A DNA stretch of 62,510 bases, filler included, from an uncultured Thermoplasmatales archaeon (GCA_964517155.1; 5 parts of 5 records of this genome joined end to end with filler, not necessarily neighbours in it); one strand, 5' to 3'; shown: positions 10,845 through 20,750, numbered from the whole stretch's first letter. Numbers and translations: made by a program. Notes: generated by a model not told the origin, from the sequence alone.

Positions 10845-11084
10845 ATGATTAATGCATATATACTAATTAATATGAAACCAGGAAACAGCGATAAAGCAAT
10901 AGAAAAGATGAGAAAAATAGAAGATATCGCAAAGATCTCAGTTGTTGCAGGTGAATACGATATAGTTGTTCGCGCTCAGGTTAAAAGTTTGGATAAACTT
11001 CTAAAAGTCACTGACAGCATCCAAATGATAGAGGGTGTAATAAAAACAACTACTCAAGTTATTGAAAAAGAGATAACATCATGA
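10845..11084 (+). CDS. Lrp/AsnC ligand-binding (RAM) domain protein, stand-alone
   Basis: AYILI...VAGEYDIVV...IEGVIKTTTQV pattern; SD GGGTGA. Confidence 0.88.
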   Translation: MINAYILINMKPGNSDKAIEKMRKIEDIAKISVVAGEYDIVVRAQVKSLDKLLKVTDSIQMIEGVIKTTTQVIEKEITS

Positions 11085-11091
11085 AGATAAA

Positions 11092-11191
11092 NNNNNNNNN
11101 NNNNNNNNNNNNNNNNNNNNNNNNNNNNNNNNNNNTTAATTAATTAANNNNNNNNNNNNNNNNNNNNNNNNNNNNNNNNNNNNNNNNNNNN
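11092..11191. other. Artificial contig linker (N-run + TTAATTAATTAA + N-run)
   Basis: 100-nt spacer with stops in all frames; identical design repeated four times. Confidence 0.97.
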
Positions 11192-11192
11192 C

Positions 11193-12095
11193 AGTAATTC
11201 TGAATTAGTGGGCTATTATGTATATTTGATTACAAGTGATTCGAGTTATACTTTTTGGCATTTAGGTGATGAAGATTTTGGCATAGCAACAAGTACAGGA
11301 GATGGTGATTTTCAAGCTAGTGAGGCCAATATAACCGTTAGTGGAGATACGATGACTGCAACATATGACGTTGTTGGAACCTTTTCAACGGTTGATGAGT
11401 TTTATGGTCTCTCTAACGAGTATACTGTTAGTGGTGATATATCTAGTGAATGGTGGACGGACTATGCGCCAAATGATGAATCACCGTATCAAGCTTCAGA
11501 TCCTGACCCAGATCCTGACCCAGATCCTGACCCAGATCCTGACCCAGACCCAACAGGTGATGCCTCCGGATCACTCACAGATCCAGCAAATGATGCATAC
11601 ATTCCTGGAGGTCAAACAGGCATAAGCGATAGGCAATATCTTGATGTCAGAGAAATCTCCTATACTTTTGATGACAGTGGGCTTACTTTAACAATGGAAT
11701 TACAGGGCACCGTCTCAGATGATGTTACGTATACTGTCACGCTAGATACAGAGGATGCTTCTTACGGTATGATATATGATTATGGTGAATGGTCAAATGT
11801 TGCAACAAGTGAAGCCGGAGAGTTTATTCCTTATTTTGCTGAAGAGGGAACTGTATCGGGTAACACTATTACCGTGCTATTTGATAGAGTTGGTTCTTCT
11901 ACAACCGCTGTTGATTTCTGGGGACAAGCACTTGAGTTAGGGGGCGCTAGAGATGATGTTCCTAATGAAAATGGTGGAGATACTGGTGGTGGAGATTCAA
12001 ATACGCCGTCTACAACTGGGACGCCTGGTTTTGAAATATTAACCCTTATTGCAGCAATAGGTGTTGCATTTATTATATTAAGAAAGAGAAAATAA
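11193..12095 (+). CDS. Acidic cell-surface protein with PGF-CTERM archaeosortase signal, 5'-truncated
   Basis: C-terminal TPGFE + TM + RKRK; two similar beta-rich domains separated by a (DP)9 linker; frame open from contig start. Confidence 0.88.
   Translation, partial: SNSELVGYYVYLITSDSSYTFWHLGDEDFGIATSTGDGDFQASEANITVSGDTMTATYDVVGTFSTVDEFYGLSNEYTVSGDISSEWWTDYAPNDESPYQASDPDPDPDPDPDPDPDPDPTGDASGSLTDPANDAYIPGGQTGISDRQYLDVREISYTFDDSGLTLTMELQGTVSDDVTYTVTLDTEDASYGMIYDYGEWSNVATSEAGEFIPYFAEEGTVSGNTITVLFDRVGSSTTAVDFWGQALELGGARDDVPNENGGDTGGGDSNTPSTTGTPGFEILTLIAAIGVAFIILRKRK
11499..11552 (+). repeat. Coding tandem repeat (GATCCTGACCCA)x4 + GACCCA encoding (DP)9
   Basis: Four perfect 12-bp units read directly from the sequence. 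Confidence 0.95.
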
Positions 12096-12125
12096 AAACA
12101 AAAAATATCTCTTCTTTATTTTTTT

Positions 12126-12488
12126 TTATAAAACAGATAATTTTCCAGTTACTTGATCAATTAAATTATTTGGAGCAGGGCCAATGCCAAGAACTGTTTT
12201 AGTTCCAGCAGGTATCTCAGTATGGCCTGCATCACTAATTATATGAGCAACAATTTTAAGTTCATCTGCCTTTTCTTTTAAAGGATAAAAATCTTTCTCA
12301 CAATCAACTTTCAAAACTGCTTTTTTAGCTCCTTCAGTTTCCCATTTATGAAACCATTTAGAATTATTTTTTTTTGTAGAAAGCGCGCAGTTTACAGCAG
12401 CATGAGCAACTTGTGCTGCAAGTTTACCTGCTGAAAGCTTCAGATCACTGCGGGTAACAATAACCATTTTATATTCAAAATCTGACAT
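12126..12488 (-). CDS. pth2: Peptidyl-tRNA hydrolase Pth2
   Basis: KMVIVTRSDLKLSAGKLAAQVAHA, DAGHTEI, TVLGIGP; start at MSDFEY. Confidence 0.95.
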   Translation of the reverse strand: MSDFEYKMVIVTRSDLKLSAGKLAAQVAHAAVNCALSTKKNNSKWFHKWETEGAKKAVLKVDCEKDFYPLKEKADELKIVAHIISDAGHTEIPAGTKTVLGIGPAPNNLIDQVTGKLSVL

Positions 12489-12489
12489 T

Positions 12490-12807
12490 TTATTCATCAT
12501 TGATATCATGAGATATTTCTTTAAAATTTTCCTCTCGCCATTTTTCACCCATTTTTTCTGCATTAAAATTATCAATTAACCCTTTTACAAGCAGGGTTTT
12601 ACCTTCTTCTTCTATATGTTTAAGTGGAACGCCAAGATATTTATTTTTTGATTTTACAATTAATATATCATCAGACACGGCTACGCTTTCACCAACAGTA
12701 CGTCCAATTCCGTCAAGAACAAAACGACAAATTAGACTGCGTGTATGTTCTTCTTTTTTTTCTTGTTCTTCCTTCAGCTGCTTGCGTCTAGAAAAAATAA
12801 ATATCAT
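12490..12807 (-). CDS. Conserved archaeal hypothetical protein, PRC-barrel-like
   Basis: GESVAV...LIVK...YLGVPL...AEKMGEKW; directly upstream of pth2. Confidence 0.7.
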   Translation of the reverse strand: MIFIFSRRKQLKEEQEKKEEHTRSLICRFVLDGIGRTVGESVAVSDDILIVKSKNKYLGVPLKHIEEEGKTLLVKGLIDNFNAEKMGEKWREENFKEISHDINDE

Positions 12808-12924
12808 ACTTTGAGATGTAATTAGTTTTAAATGTGTTAAAATGCGCGTACTATCACCTGCTTATTTTGCACGTAATCTACGATTCTGTTATAAATCTTT
12901 TGAAGTATACTGCTTTTTATAAAT

Positions 12925-14121
12925 ATGAAAAAATATGATGTAGTTGTTGTTGGCGGCGGTCCAGTAGGCGGTCATGTTTCAAAAAAAATCTCTGAAAAAA
13001 ACTGTTCTGTAGCTATATTGGAAAAAAACAATGAAATAGGAAAAAACCTTAATTGTGCAGGTCTTGTAACTAAACGTGTTTTTGAAATCACAAAAAGCTC
13101 TACAAGAACAATTCAAAATAAAATTTCTGGGGCAAACATTCATTCTCCCTCAGATATTATTTTAAAGATAGGTGGAGAGCATATTCATGCACTTGTAATT
13201 GATAGAATAAATTTTGATAAAGAAATAATAAAACAAGCAGAAAAAAAACAAGTAGATGTTTTTCTTGAAAATAAATTAGAGAATATAAAACAAAATAAAG
13301 ATACATTAATAATAAAAACATCAACTGAAGAAGTTGAATGCAAAATATTGGTTGGCGCAGACGGTCCTTTTTCAAAAACAAGAAAACTTTTTAAGTTTCT
13401 AGAGCCAAAAGAACTTTTAAAAGGCGCGGGTGCCGAAGTATCAAATGTATCTCTTGATCCTAATTTTGTTGAAATATTTGTTGGACAAAAAATTGCACCA
13501 GGTTTTTTTGCATGGATAATACCAATTAACAAAAATGGTACAGAAGCAAGAATCGGCCTTTGTGTAGATCAAACGACGTTGCATCCTCCAACTTTTTATT
13601 TTAAAAAATTTCTGATAAATAAACAGGTACAGTCTTTTCTTAAAGATGCAAAAATTACACGAAGGATAGGCGGGGTTATACCACTTGGTTTTTTGAAAAA
13701 AACATTTACAGATAATGTACTTATTGTTGGTGATGCGGCAGCACAGGTTAAACCAACATCTGGAGGCGGTTTATACCCTGGTCTTTTATCTGCTGATCAT
13801 TGTGCAAATGTTGCTGTTGAATCTTTAGAAAAAAATGATTTTTCTGCTAATTTTTTAAAAAAATATCATAAACTCTTCAATAAAGATATTGGTAAAGAGT
13901 TAAACCGGGGTATGACTTTTAGAACTGTTTTTAGAAAATTATCAGATGATAATTTTGATAAGTATATCTCTAAGTTTAAAAATCAAAAAATTGTTGATAT
14001 TATCAACAAATATGGTGATATTGATTATCCTTCAAAGCTTGCAAATCCTCTTATTAAGAAAAATCCTTCTTTACTTAAACTTGGAGCTGCTATATTAAAA
14101 AATAAAAAAGATTTATTTTGA
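12925..14121 (+). CDS. Geranylgeranyl reductase family FAD oxidoreductase (DGGGPL reductase-like)
   Basis: GGGPVG FAD motif, CAG, GADG, PGFFAWIIP, GDAAAQVKPTSGGG. Confidence 0.9.
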   Translation: MKKYDVVVVGGGPVGGHVSKKISEKNCSVAILEKNNEIGKNLNCAGLVTKRVFEITKSSTRTIQNKISGANIHSPSDIILKIGGEHIHALVIDRINFDKEIIKQAEKKQVDVFLENKLENIKQNKDTLIIKTSTEEVECKILVGADGPFSKTRKLFKFLEPKELLKGAGAEVSNVSLDPNFVEIFVGQKIAPGFFAWIIPINKNGTEARIGLCVDQTTLHPPTFYFKKFLINKQVQSFLKDAKITRRIGGVIPLGFLKKTFTDNVLIVGDAAAQVKPTSGGGLYPGLLSADHCANVAVESLEKNDFSANFLKKYHKLFNKDIGKELNRGMTFRTVFRKLSDDNFDKYISKFKNQKIVDIINKYGDIDYPSKLANPLIKKNPSLLKLGAAILKNKKDLF

Positions 14122-16317
14122 GCCAGGCGGTGGAGGTATATAGTAATCTTCATCTTCATATCCTGCTTGTTCATCCATCGGCTCTGGTGGTGAATAGGTA
14201 GATATTTTTCTCTTTTTACGTTTTCTTCTAAAAAGTATTAATGTTATTATAAGTATGAGCAGTATCACAAAGCTTACAATGCATGGTATAAAAATCGATA
14301 TTATAAATAAAAGAGAAGGCTCTAAAGTTAATGTAAAATCAAGCGCATTTTGTGATTCTTCTGGTGAAAACGTCACTTCAATATATTGCTCTCCATCATT
14401 TGTTTCATTTATTGATATTTGAGTATATTCATTTGAAAAATAGATTCTTATTCCCTTTGGAAATATTATTTTATATGTCACATGCTGGTTTTCTAAACCT
14501 GTAAAACTGTAAGCCTGGTTATTTATTTTAAGAGAGGGTGGCAATATTGACATTTTGAATTTTACAGGATGTGAAGTATATGAGTATATTTGTGTTTTAA
14601 CAGGGGTCTCTCCATCCATTTTTGTTATGTTGCCATCCCATTGTAAAGAGTTCTGAAATACATCATTGTTTATGTTTCCTTTTGCATCTAAGCCTTTTAT
14701 TATATTATTTATTGTCTGCTCAAAAAAGGTTTTTTCATTTGTTAAAAAAGTATCAACTTCTTCATCTTTAAACACGTTTTCTTCGATACATAATCTTACA
14801 GCATCAGAGTTTAGATAAGTAATGTCTATGTCGTTTGTTATTGAAAAAGGTTCAGGTATTTCTGTTACTTTATAGTTTTTTTCTTTTTCTATTTTTAAAC
14901 CAAAACTTAACTCTGTTTCTCCTGTAAAAAAGCTTAATAAGTTCAAGTCAGTTGTTTCTGCTTTTATTTCAATTATTGTATTTATCACAGGTTTTTCATA
15001 ATCTGGACTTTTTTCAGATAACATAAGCCCTGAAAAATTTTTTAGTTTATTATCCCAAGTGTAACTATTTTCATTGTTTAGAGTTATATCTGCGGGCATT
15101 TGAAGAGTTATATTGTAAGGATAACCCAGGTTATCCAAATTTTTTCCAAAATTTATACTATTTGGTGTTATATTTGCTTTTGCGCCAGTATTTATAAGCC
15201 CAAAAGACGCCCTTGAAGAAATGCCATTAAGTAGTATTGTTATTTCATCATCTTTTAATAAGGCGGTTACAGGAGGGTTTTTGTCCATTTTTTCTATATC
15301 AAATGGGTTTAAGCAGCCATCTGTTGTAGTGTTATCCCAACTAAATGCAAGTGTTAATGTTTGATTAAAAACTGATGTTTCTACTGTGTTTTTTATTTTA
15401 TCTTGAATGTTTTTTATTGTTTTTTGATATATTTCATCCCAGGTTAATAAATCATTTTTTACAAATAATCTAATTGCATCTGAAGGTACAAATGAAATAT
15501 CATCCTTAAAAGTAATACAATCTGGTAAAAAATCATAATCATTCAAATTCATGTTTTTTACTGCTATTTTTGATTCAAATGAAACTATCTCTTTTTTTGA
15601 GTTTAATATAAAATCAATAGAGATATCCTCTGTTTCCTCTGCAGTTGTTGGGTTTTTGCTATAAATAATAAAATAAGCAGATTTCAAAGGCAAGGCGCCG
15701 TCTCTGTTTTCAACAGTCCATTCTATAATATTATTTGTTAAATCAGTTTTACCATTTGTCTCTTTATATTCTAATTTTTCACCTAAATCAAATGAATATA
15801 TTATATCCCATCCAGCATCTGCTTTGAGATTTAAATCATATCTTATATATGCTCCAACGTCAAGCAGGCCGTTTATTAATTCATAGGGGTTACTTGTTTC
15901 ATTTAAGTTAAAAAAATTGGATGTTAAATTAACTAAATATTCATCATAAAATTTTTCATTTTCATAGGTTAATAATTCATTTGGAGCAGTAATTTTAGCA
16001 TTTTTAAAACTGTCTATTAACTGATCACTAATCATGGTTTTTAAAGCATATTTAACAGCACCCATTGTTTCAGTTGAAGATATGCCTTTTATTTCTTGGG
16101 CAGTATAAGCTCTTCCACTTGCAGATAATGTAATCTTTGTAACAGATGCTTCAACAGTTATTTTTAAATCTGTAGCACTCTCCAGCGCTATATTAAATGT
16201 TGCTGATACTATGTTTTCTTGTTCTTCTTCTGCTTTAACCTGTAAAAAACTTGATAAAGAAATTAAAATAAATATAAAGGTTAAGATAGTCCACAGCTTT
16301 GTAAATTTCATTTTCAT
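14113..16317 (-). CDS. Large extracellular hypothetical protein with signal peptide and C-terminal TM anchor
   Basis: N-terminal signal; internally repeated segments (SDAIRL/SDAVRL); TM + RRKRKKRK + acidic/Pro tail (EDEDYYIPPPP). Confidence 0.8.
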   Translation of the reverse strand: MKMKFTKLWTILTFIFILISLSSFLQVKAEEEQENIVSATFNIALESATDLKITVEASVTKITLSASGRAYTAQEIKGISSTETMGAVKYALKTMISDQLIDSFKNAKITAPNELLTYENEKFYDEYLVNLTSNFFNLNETSNPYELINGLLDVGAYIRYDLNLKADAGWDIIYSFDLGEKLEYKETNGKTDLTNNIIEWTVENRDGALPLKSAYFIIYSKNPTTAEETEDISIDFILNSKKEIVSFESKIAVKNMNLNDYDFLPDCITFKDDISFVPSDAIRLFVKNDLLTWDEIYQKTIKNIQDKIKNTVETSVFNQTLTLAFSWDNTTTDGCLNPFDIEKMDKNPPVTALLKDDEITILLNGISSRASFGLINTGAKANITPNSINFGKNLDNLGYPYNITLQMPADITLNNENSYTWDNKLKNFSGLMLSEKSPDYEKPVINTIIEIKAETTDLNLLSFFTGETELSFGLKIEKEKNYKVTEIPEPFSITNDIDITYLNSDAVRLCIEENVFKDEEVDTFLTNEKTFFEQTINNIIKGLDAKGNINNDVFQNSLQWDGNITKMDGETPVKTQIYSYTSHPVKFKMSILPPSLKINNQAYSFTGLENQHVTYKIIFPKGIRIYFSNEYTQISINETNDGEQYIEVTFSPEESQNALDFTLTLEPSLLFIISIFIPCIVSFVILLILIITLILFRRKRKKRKISTYSPPEPMDEQAGYEDEDYYIPPPPGSK

Positions 16318-16431
16318 CCGCCTCCAAACGGTAAATCAATAAAACATTTTATTATTATATAAACTTTCTATTGCCAAAAAATTTTGCGAAACCACTAAAA
16401 ATATATTCTGTATATTCACTTTCGTAATACT

Positions 16432-17283
16432 ATGTATATTATTGGCGGGACGGCATCAAATACAGTTGCAGAAGAGTTATCACAAATTCTAAATATACCA
16501 AAAGCAAACATTATTTCTAAACGTTTTCCTGATACAGAACTATATGTAAGGATACTAGACAATATAAAAAATGAGCATGTCGTAATTGTGCAGACTACAT
16601 ACCCTGATCCAAATCTTGTAGAACTCTTTTTACTTCAAAATGCAGCAGATGAGGCAGGTGCAAAAAAAATAACTGTAGTTATTCCTTATTATGGTTATGC
16701 TAGACAAGATACATTATTTCAAGAAGGAGAAGCCATTAGCGCAAAAGCAATAGCAGGACTCATAAGCCTTAATGCAGATAAAGTAATAACTGTTGATCCA
16801 CATAAAGAACACATCCTTGATTTTTTTTCAACAAGTGCACAAAGTTGTACAGCAGTTCCAGAAATAGCCAACTATTTTAAACAAAAAAATTTGGATTTAA
16901 TTCTTGCACCAGATAAAGGAGCATTAAATAGGGCAAAACAAGCATCAAATATTATTGGTTGTGATTTTGATTACATGGAAAAAACACGTATAGATGGTAC
17001 AACTGTAGAAATTAAACCTAAAAACCTTGATGTGCAAAATAAAAATGTTGGAATCATTGATGACATAATCTCTACCGGTGGTACAATGGCAAAATCAATA
17101 AAAGAACTTAAAACACAAGGAGCAAAAAAAGTATATGTGTCATGTACTCATGGATTGTTTGCTGGTGATGCAGTAAAAAAACTGTCTTCATCTGGCTGCG
17201 ATGAGATAATTGCAACAGATACGATACATAGTAGTTATAGTGTAGTAAAAGTGGCATCAAGTATTGCGCCATTAATAAAATAA
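16432..17283 (+). CDS. prs: Ribose-phosphate pyrophosphokinase
   Basis: RFPDTELYVRI, PYYGYARQD, APDKGA, IIDDIISTGGT, CTHG. Confidence 0.95.
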   Translation: MYIIGGTASNTVAEELSQILNIPKANIISKRFPDTELYVRILDNIKNEHVVIVQTTYPDPNLVELFLLQNAADEAGAKKITVVIPYYGYARQDTLFQEGEAISAKAIAGLISLNADKVITVDPHKEHILDFFSTSAQSCTAVPEIANYFKQKNLDLILAPDKGALNRAKQASNIIGCDFDYMEKTRIDGTTVEIKPKNLDVQNKNVGIIDDIISTGGTMAKSIKELKTQGAKKVYVSCTHGLFAGDAVKKLSSSGCDEIIATDTIHSSYSVVKVASSIAPLIK

Positions 17284-17298
17284 AAAAATAAGTAAATC

Positions 17299-17991
17299 TT
17301 AGTACATCCGAATGTGAAAAAACGCCAAAGAACCATCATCACTAAGGAGAGAACTACAGTTTTTCTCTTGATTTTTGAATAGTTTTTCAGATTTATTTCT
17401 GCTAATGATCCTTCTTTTTTCCTTAATATCTAAGTCTGCATTAAAAACATTAGTAACTTGTTTCAACTCCTGATAGCTGATAATCTTCCGTTCAGAATTC
17501 TCAACAAAAGCACGCGCTGCAGCATCTTTTTTATCCTTGAGATAGAAGATAACGCGGTTATACATTTTAGCTTTACAAATACTTGGAAAAAATTCTTTCA
17601 ACTTGTTATACTCCACGGTGCTATATTTCCTAGAAGACAAGGCATAACCATCTCGTAGTAGGTCTTTCATGAGTTCAAGTTTTTTATCTTGAATGCGCAT
17701 GTTTCTAAGAGGATATGAACACATATCGCGGGTATGGTAGTATACTGTTCGATCACTTATTTTGTATTGTATTGCTACTTGTCTTTTGGTTTTACCATTT
17801 CTAACTTCTTCCCTGATCTTTTTTCTAAGACTATCTGAAATCCCTCCCTTTATTGATTTGATATCTTTAGTAAGTTCTCGGACTTTTTTATAAGAAATGC
17901 CCCATTCTCTGGATACTTGTAGTTTTGTTTTACCCTTTTTTACTTCTTTTCTTATTTCTGCTATTAATCCTATTGAATAGTTAGCTGACAT
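17299..17991 (-). CDS. Tandem HTH-repeat DNA-binding protein
   Basis: Two repeats IRKEVKKGKTKLQVSREWGIS / IREEVRNGKTKRQVAIQYKIS; very basic. Confidence 0.75.
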   Translation of the reverse strand: MSANYSIGLIAEIRKEVKKGKTKLQVSREWGISYKKVRELTKDIKSIKGGISDSLRKKIREEVRNGKTKRQVAIQYKISDRTVYYHTRDMCSYPLRNMRIQDKKLELMKDLLRDGYALSSRKYSTVEYNKLKEFFPSICKAKMYNRVIFYLKDKKDAAARAFVENSERKIISYQELKQVTNVFNADLDIKEKRRIISRNKSEKLFKNQEKNCSSLLSDDGSLAFFHIRMY

Positions 17992-18069
17992 TAATTAAAA
18001 CCGCAAAATGAGGTATATAAAAGTATTGAAATAGAGTTATTTTTCAGGTTTTAGCCATCTATATTAAAT

Positions 18070-18747
18070 TTATTTCTTGTACTCAGGAAAACCCTCTACA
18101 AATTTGCCTTTCATTCTGTCAAGATACCAATCTCTTCTATTATTATCGCTCCCTATCTCAGTAACTATAAGATATAATTCATGTTTCTCTTCACAAATAT
18201 TTTTATTTAATAGCTTAACAGCTTTATCATAGGTTTCATTCATTTTTTTATGAAAAGATGTATCCAATACTTTTTTCGATAAGCTCTTTTTCCTAAAAAG
18301 CACAGTATAGGAAATTGTATATTCAAAAGGATTTCTACGGTCCATACATTTAAGGAAATCAGATGCCAAAGATACTTTATCCCAACCATATATCCATTTA
18401 AACTCAATACCTATATACGGTTTTTTATAATCGCCAATCGCAAAATCAATATGTGCTGCCCCTCCTTTATCTCCTGGTATTAAGTAATGCCCACTATCCT
18501 TCAAATATCTACCACAATCTATATTCATACCTGCTACTTTTCTATATGTTGGCCATTCAGGATGCAACATTATTTCTTTGTCTTTTTTTGATAAATTCAA
18601 TAAATCGAACTTTTTCTGAAACAAATAAGAAAAATAATGATGTAAATATCTTTCATTTTTAAAATTTACATGTTTAACATTTTCTGCACTTATCTTCAAT
18701 ATATCTAATATATCTTCTATCTCTACCGGTTTTTTATCATTGGACAT
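18070..18747 (-). CDS. PD-(D/E)XK-like nuclease-fold protein
   Basis: NERYLHHYF helix, HIDFAIG...IGIEFK (D...ExK), downstream DFLK. Confidence 0.65.
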   Translation of the reverse strand: MSNDKKPVEIEDILDILKISAENVKHVNFKNERYLHHYFSYLFQKKFDLLNLSKKDKEIMLHPEWPTYRKVAGMNIDCGRYLKDSGHYLIPGDKGGAAHIDFAIGDYKKPYIGIEFKWIYGWDKVSLASDFLKCMDRRNPFEYTISYTVLFRKKSLSKKVLDTSFHKKMNETYDKAVKLLNKNICEEKHELYLIVTEIGSDNNRRDWYLDRMKGKFVEGFPEYKK

Positions 18748-18749
18748 TT

Positions 18750-18856
18750 TCAACCCTCGAAACCCATATGGTCCTGTAGTATAGATGCACAGTTAACACA
18801 CACATCTCTAACATTTCATCCTCTGGGAATTCATCCCCACAGACTTTGAATATCAT
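18750..18856 (-). pseudogene. Frameshifted zinc-finger micro-protein
   Basis: ATG 18856 gives MIFKVCGDEFPEDEML; a shifted frame continues DVCVNCASILQDHMGFEG*. The first CxxC reads FKVC (TTC, one change from TGC). Confidence 0.45.
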
Positions 18857-18858
18857 TT

Positions 18859-19527
18859 TTATGCATCAACTTCGAAAGACATGTAGTCAACATCATTTCT
18901 AAATTCACCTCTATAAGTGATGGAAAAATCCCAAGTATATCCTGAAGGGATATTATCCTCAATATGACTTTCAGAGGCCAACCATGCTCCATTTTCATTG
19001 TAGAAATTAACTATTATTTTTGGATAGTTTAAAAAAGCAGAACCAATATTTTTTGCTGTTCCTACAATCTTCCATGAGCTAACATTATTACTTAATCGAT
19101 AATTTTTAATCGAAAGATGAATAATTTCGCCTCCTCCAAAATTAGCATAATATCCATAATAGTCTTCATCCCAGTCCAAATGACCTTCACGAATACTTCC
19201 TTTTTCTATATATTCCTTGCAAATTAATTCTCTCTTAGATAAATTACTAGCTACATCAGTTATATCAAAATTCCAAATCACCTCATTAGTAGTACCCCAA
19301 TTTTTCCAGTTACCCGTATCCCCCATATCGCCATCATAAAGTATGCGTCGATACCGCCCGTATGTATAATTTAAAATTTCAATATGATTAAGGTCACCAG
19401 TTATTTTTGTCCCATCTGATAGTGTTTTATCTCCGTCCATAAGTGGATTGCTTATTTCATTACATCCACTCAAAACAATGCAGATAAGCATAACACTCGT
19501 TCCAACCAATACTATTTTTTTATTCAT
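18859..19527 (-). CDS. Lipoprotein with C-terminal FxLYD-like domain
   Basis: Lipobox LSGC after hydrophobic N-terminus; GTAKNIG...VNFYNENG...IPSGYTWDFSI. Confidence 0.8.
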   Translation of the reverse strand: MNKKIVLVGTSVMLICIVLSGCNEISNPLMDGDKTLSDGTKITGDLNHIEILNYTYGRYRRILYDGDMGDTGNWKNWGTTNEVIWNFDITDVASNLSKRELICKEYIEKGSIREGHLDWDEDYYGYYANFGGGEIIHLSIKNYRLSNNVSSWKIVGTAKNIGSAFLNYPKIIVNFYNENGAWLASESHIEDNIPSGYTWDFSITYRGEFRNDVDYMSFEVDA

Positions 19528-19906
19528 GTTTCTCCTCAAATTTTTTACCACAATGTGGGCAGATGTTAAAATCGCTGGAGATTGCTTTATTACATTCTGG
19601 ACATTTTTTAACACTCTTTAGCTTTTCTTTTATTTCTTTCTTTTTATTTTCATTGCTTTTTATTGATAGTAAAATCGGCAAAATAATTAAAAATATAACC
19701 CAACAAATTATCCAAATAGGCTCACCTAAACTCTTTATCGAGCCTTCAAAAATCCCATATTTTTGAATATGCCCCCAATCAATCCACAAATGATAAATAA
19801 AAATCGGGAGCCAAATTAGGAAAAAAATCCCACCAACTATTCTTAATTTTTTAACCGTCTCTCCGATCTTATTTAACTCATTTTTATATTTTTCAATTTT
19901 ATCCAT
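19520..19906 (-). CDS. Two-TM membrane protein with C-terminal zinc ribbon
   Basis: Two hydrophobic helices; CPEC...CPHC; overlaps the lipoprotein start. Confidence 0.75.
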   Translation of the reverse strand: MDKIEKYKNELNKIGETVKKLRIVGGIFFLIWLPIFIYHLWIDWGHIQKYGIFEGSIKSLGEPIWIICWVIFLIILPILLSIKSNENKKKEIKEKLKSVKKCPECNKAISSDFNICPHCGKKFEEKHE

Positions 19907-19925
19907 TTTTTCGTATCCTAACTTT

Positions 19926-20216
19926 TTATATCCATCCTCTAGACACAATTTCATAAGAGAACCTAAGCGCAGATAATATTCCTACAATCAAAGATGTAAT
20001 GCCTGTAGTATTCCAAAATAATGTATAATATTCGCCACTGTCTGTAATTCCTAACAAAATATCAAAACCCAAAAATATTCCAGAAACAAGTAAAAAAGTA
20101 CCTACTCCAACAATTAAAATCAAAAATTGATAACCCCACATAGCCGGGTCTGCTTGTCTTTTCCATATAAAGAAATAAGATTGAACCCAAAGTTTTAATT
20201 TTTTGAATATGCCCAT
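19926..20216 (-). CDS. Small two-TM membrane protein
   Basis: SD GGGGAG before ATG 20216; two hydrophobic segments. Confidence 0.65.
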   Translation of the reverse strand: MGIFKKLKLWVQSYFFIWKRQADPAMWGYQFLILIVGVGTFLLVSGIFLGFDILLGITDSGEYYTLFWNTTGITSLIVGILSALRFSYEIVSRGWI

Positions 20217-20371
20217 ATTTTTTCTCCCCAAATCACTTTTGTAAAACAAGTAATCTTTTATAAATCATATCTTAACACTTGTTAAACAAAAACCATCTGT
20301 TTTTAGTATACATTCACTAGAAACAAAAAAACATACCGCTCATCGATGTTAGTATATTTAGAAAAATACTA

Positions 20372-20566
20372 TTACTTTGTTTTCCAAAACAACCTGAACC
20401 TTCCAACTTTCTTCATTTTAATATTTTCCTTTGTATTTGCCAAGTCTAGTAGGATAGTTTGTACTGTTTTTTGATTTAATTTTGCCAGTTCTGCAATTTC
20501 ATTTGGAGTTTGAGGTTCGCATTTTTTAAGAAGTTTGAAAACTAATTCAACATTTTCTTTTGTCAT
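20372..20566 (-). CDS. Small winged-HTH protein divergent from the transposase
   Basis: PQTPNEIAELAKLNQKTVQTILLDL...KKVGRFRLFW. Confidence 0.75.
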   Translation of the reverse strand: MTKENVELVFKLLKKCEPQTPNEIAELAKLNQKTVQTILLDLANTKENIKMKKVGRFRLFWKTK

Positions 20567-20705
20567 TAAAACGATATATGTTATTATTGATTATTAATAC
20601 TTTCTATAAGCACTATTAGAACGTAAAATTTATATATTATACTAACTATTAGTATTTATAATTAGTATCATTAATGGATACTAAAAGACAAATTTGATTA
20701 GTAAT

Positions 20706-20738
20706 GGCTCCAAGAGAACCGGTAATTCTCAAGGAGCC
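20706..20738 (+). promoter_or_regulatory. GC-rich hairpin in transposase leader
   Basis: GGCTCC-AA-GAGAA-(7-nt loop)-TTCTC-AA-GGAGCC immediately before SD GGAG and ATG 20751. Confidence 0.5.
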
Positions 20739-20750
20739 TGGAGAACACAC

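Noticed and set aside
11499..11552. CRISPR-like array
   Set aside because: Contiguous 12-bp coding repeats with no spacers; no cas genes in the window.
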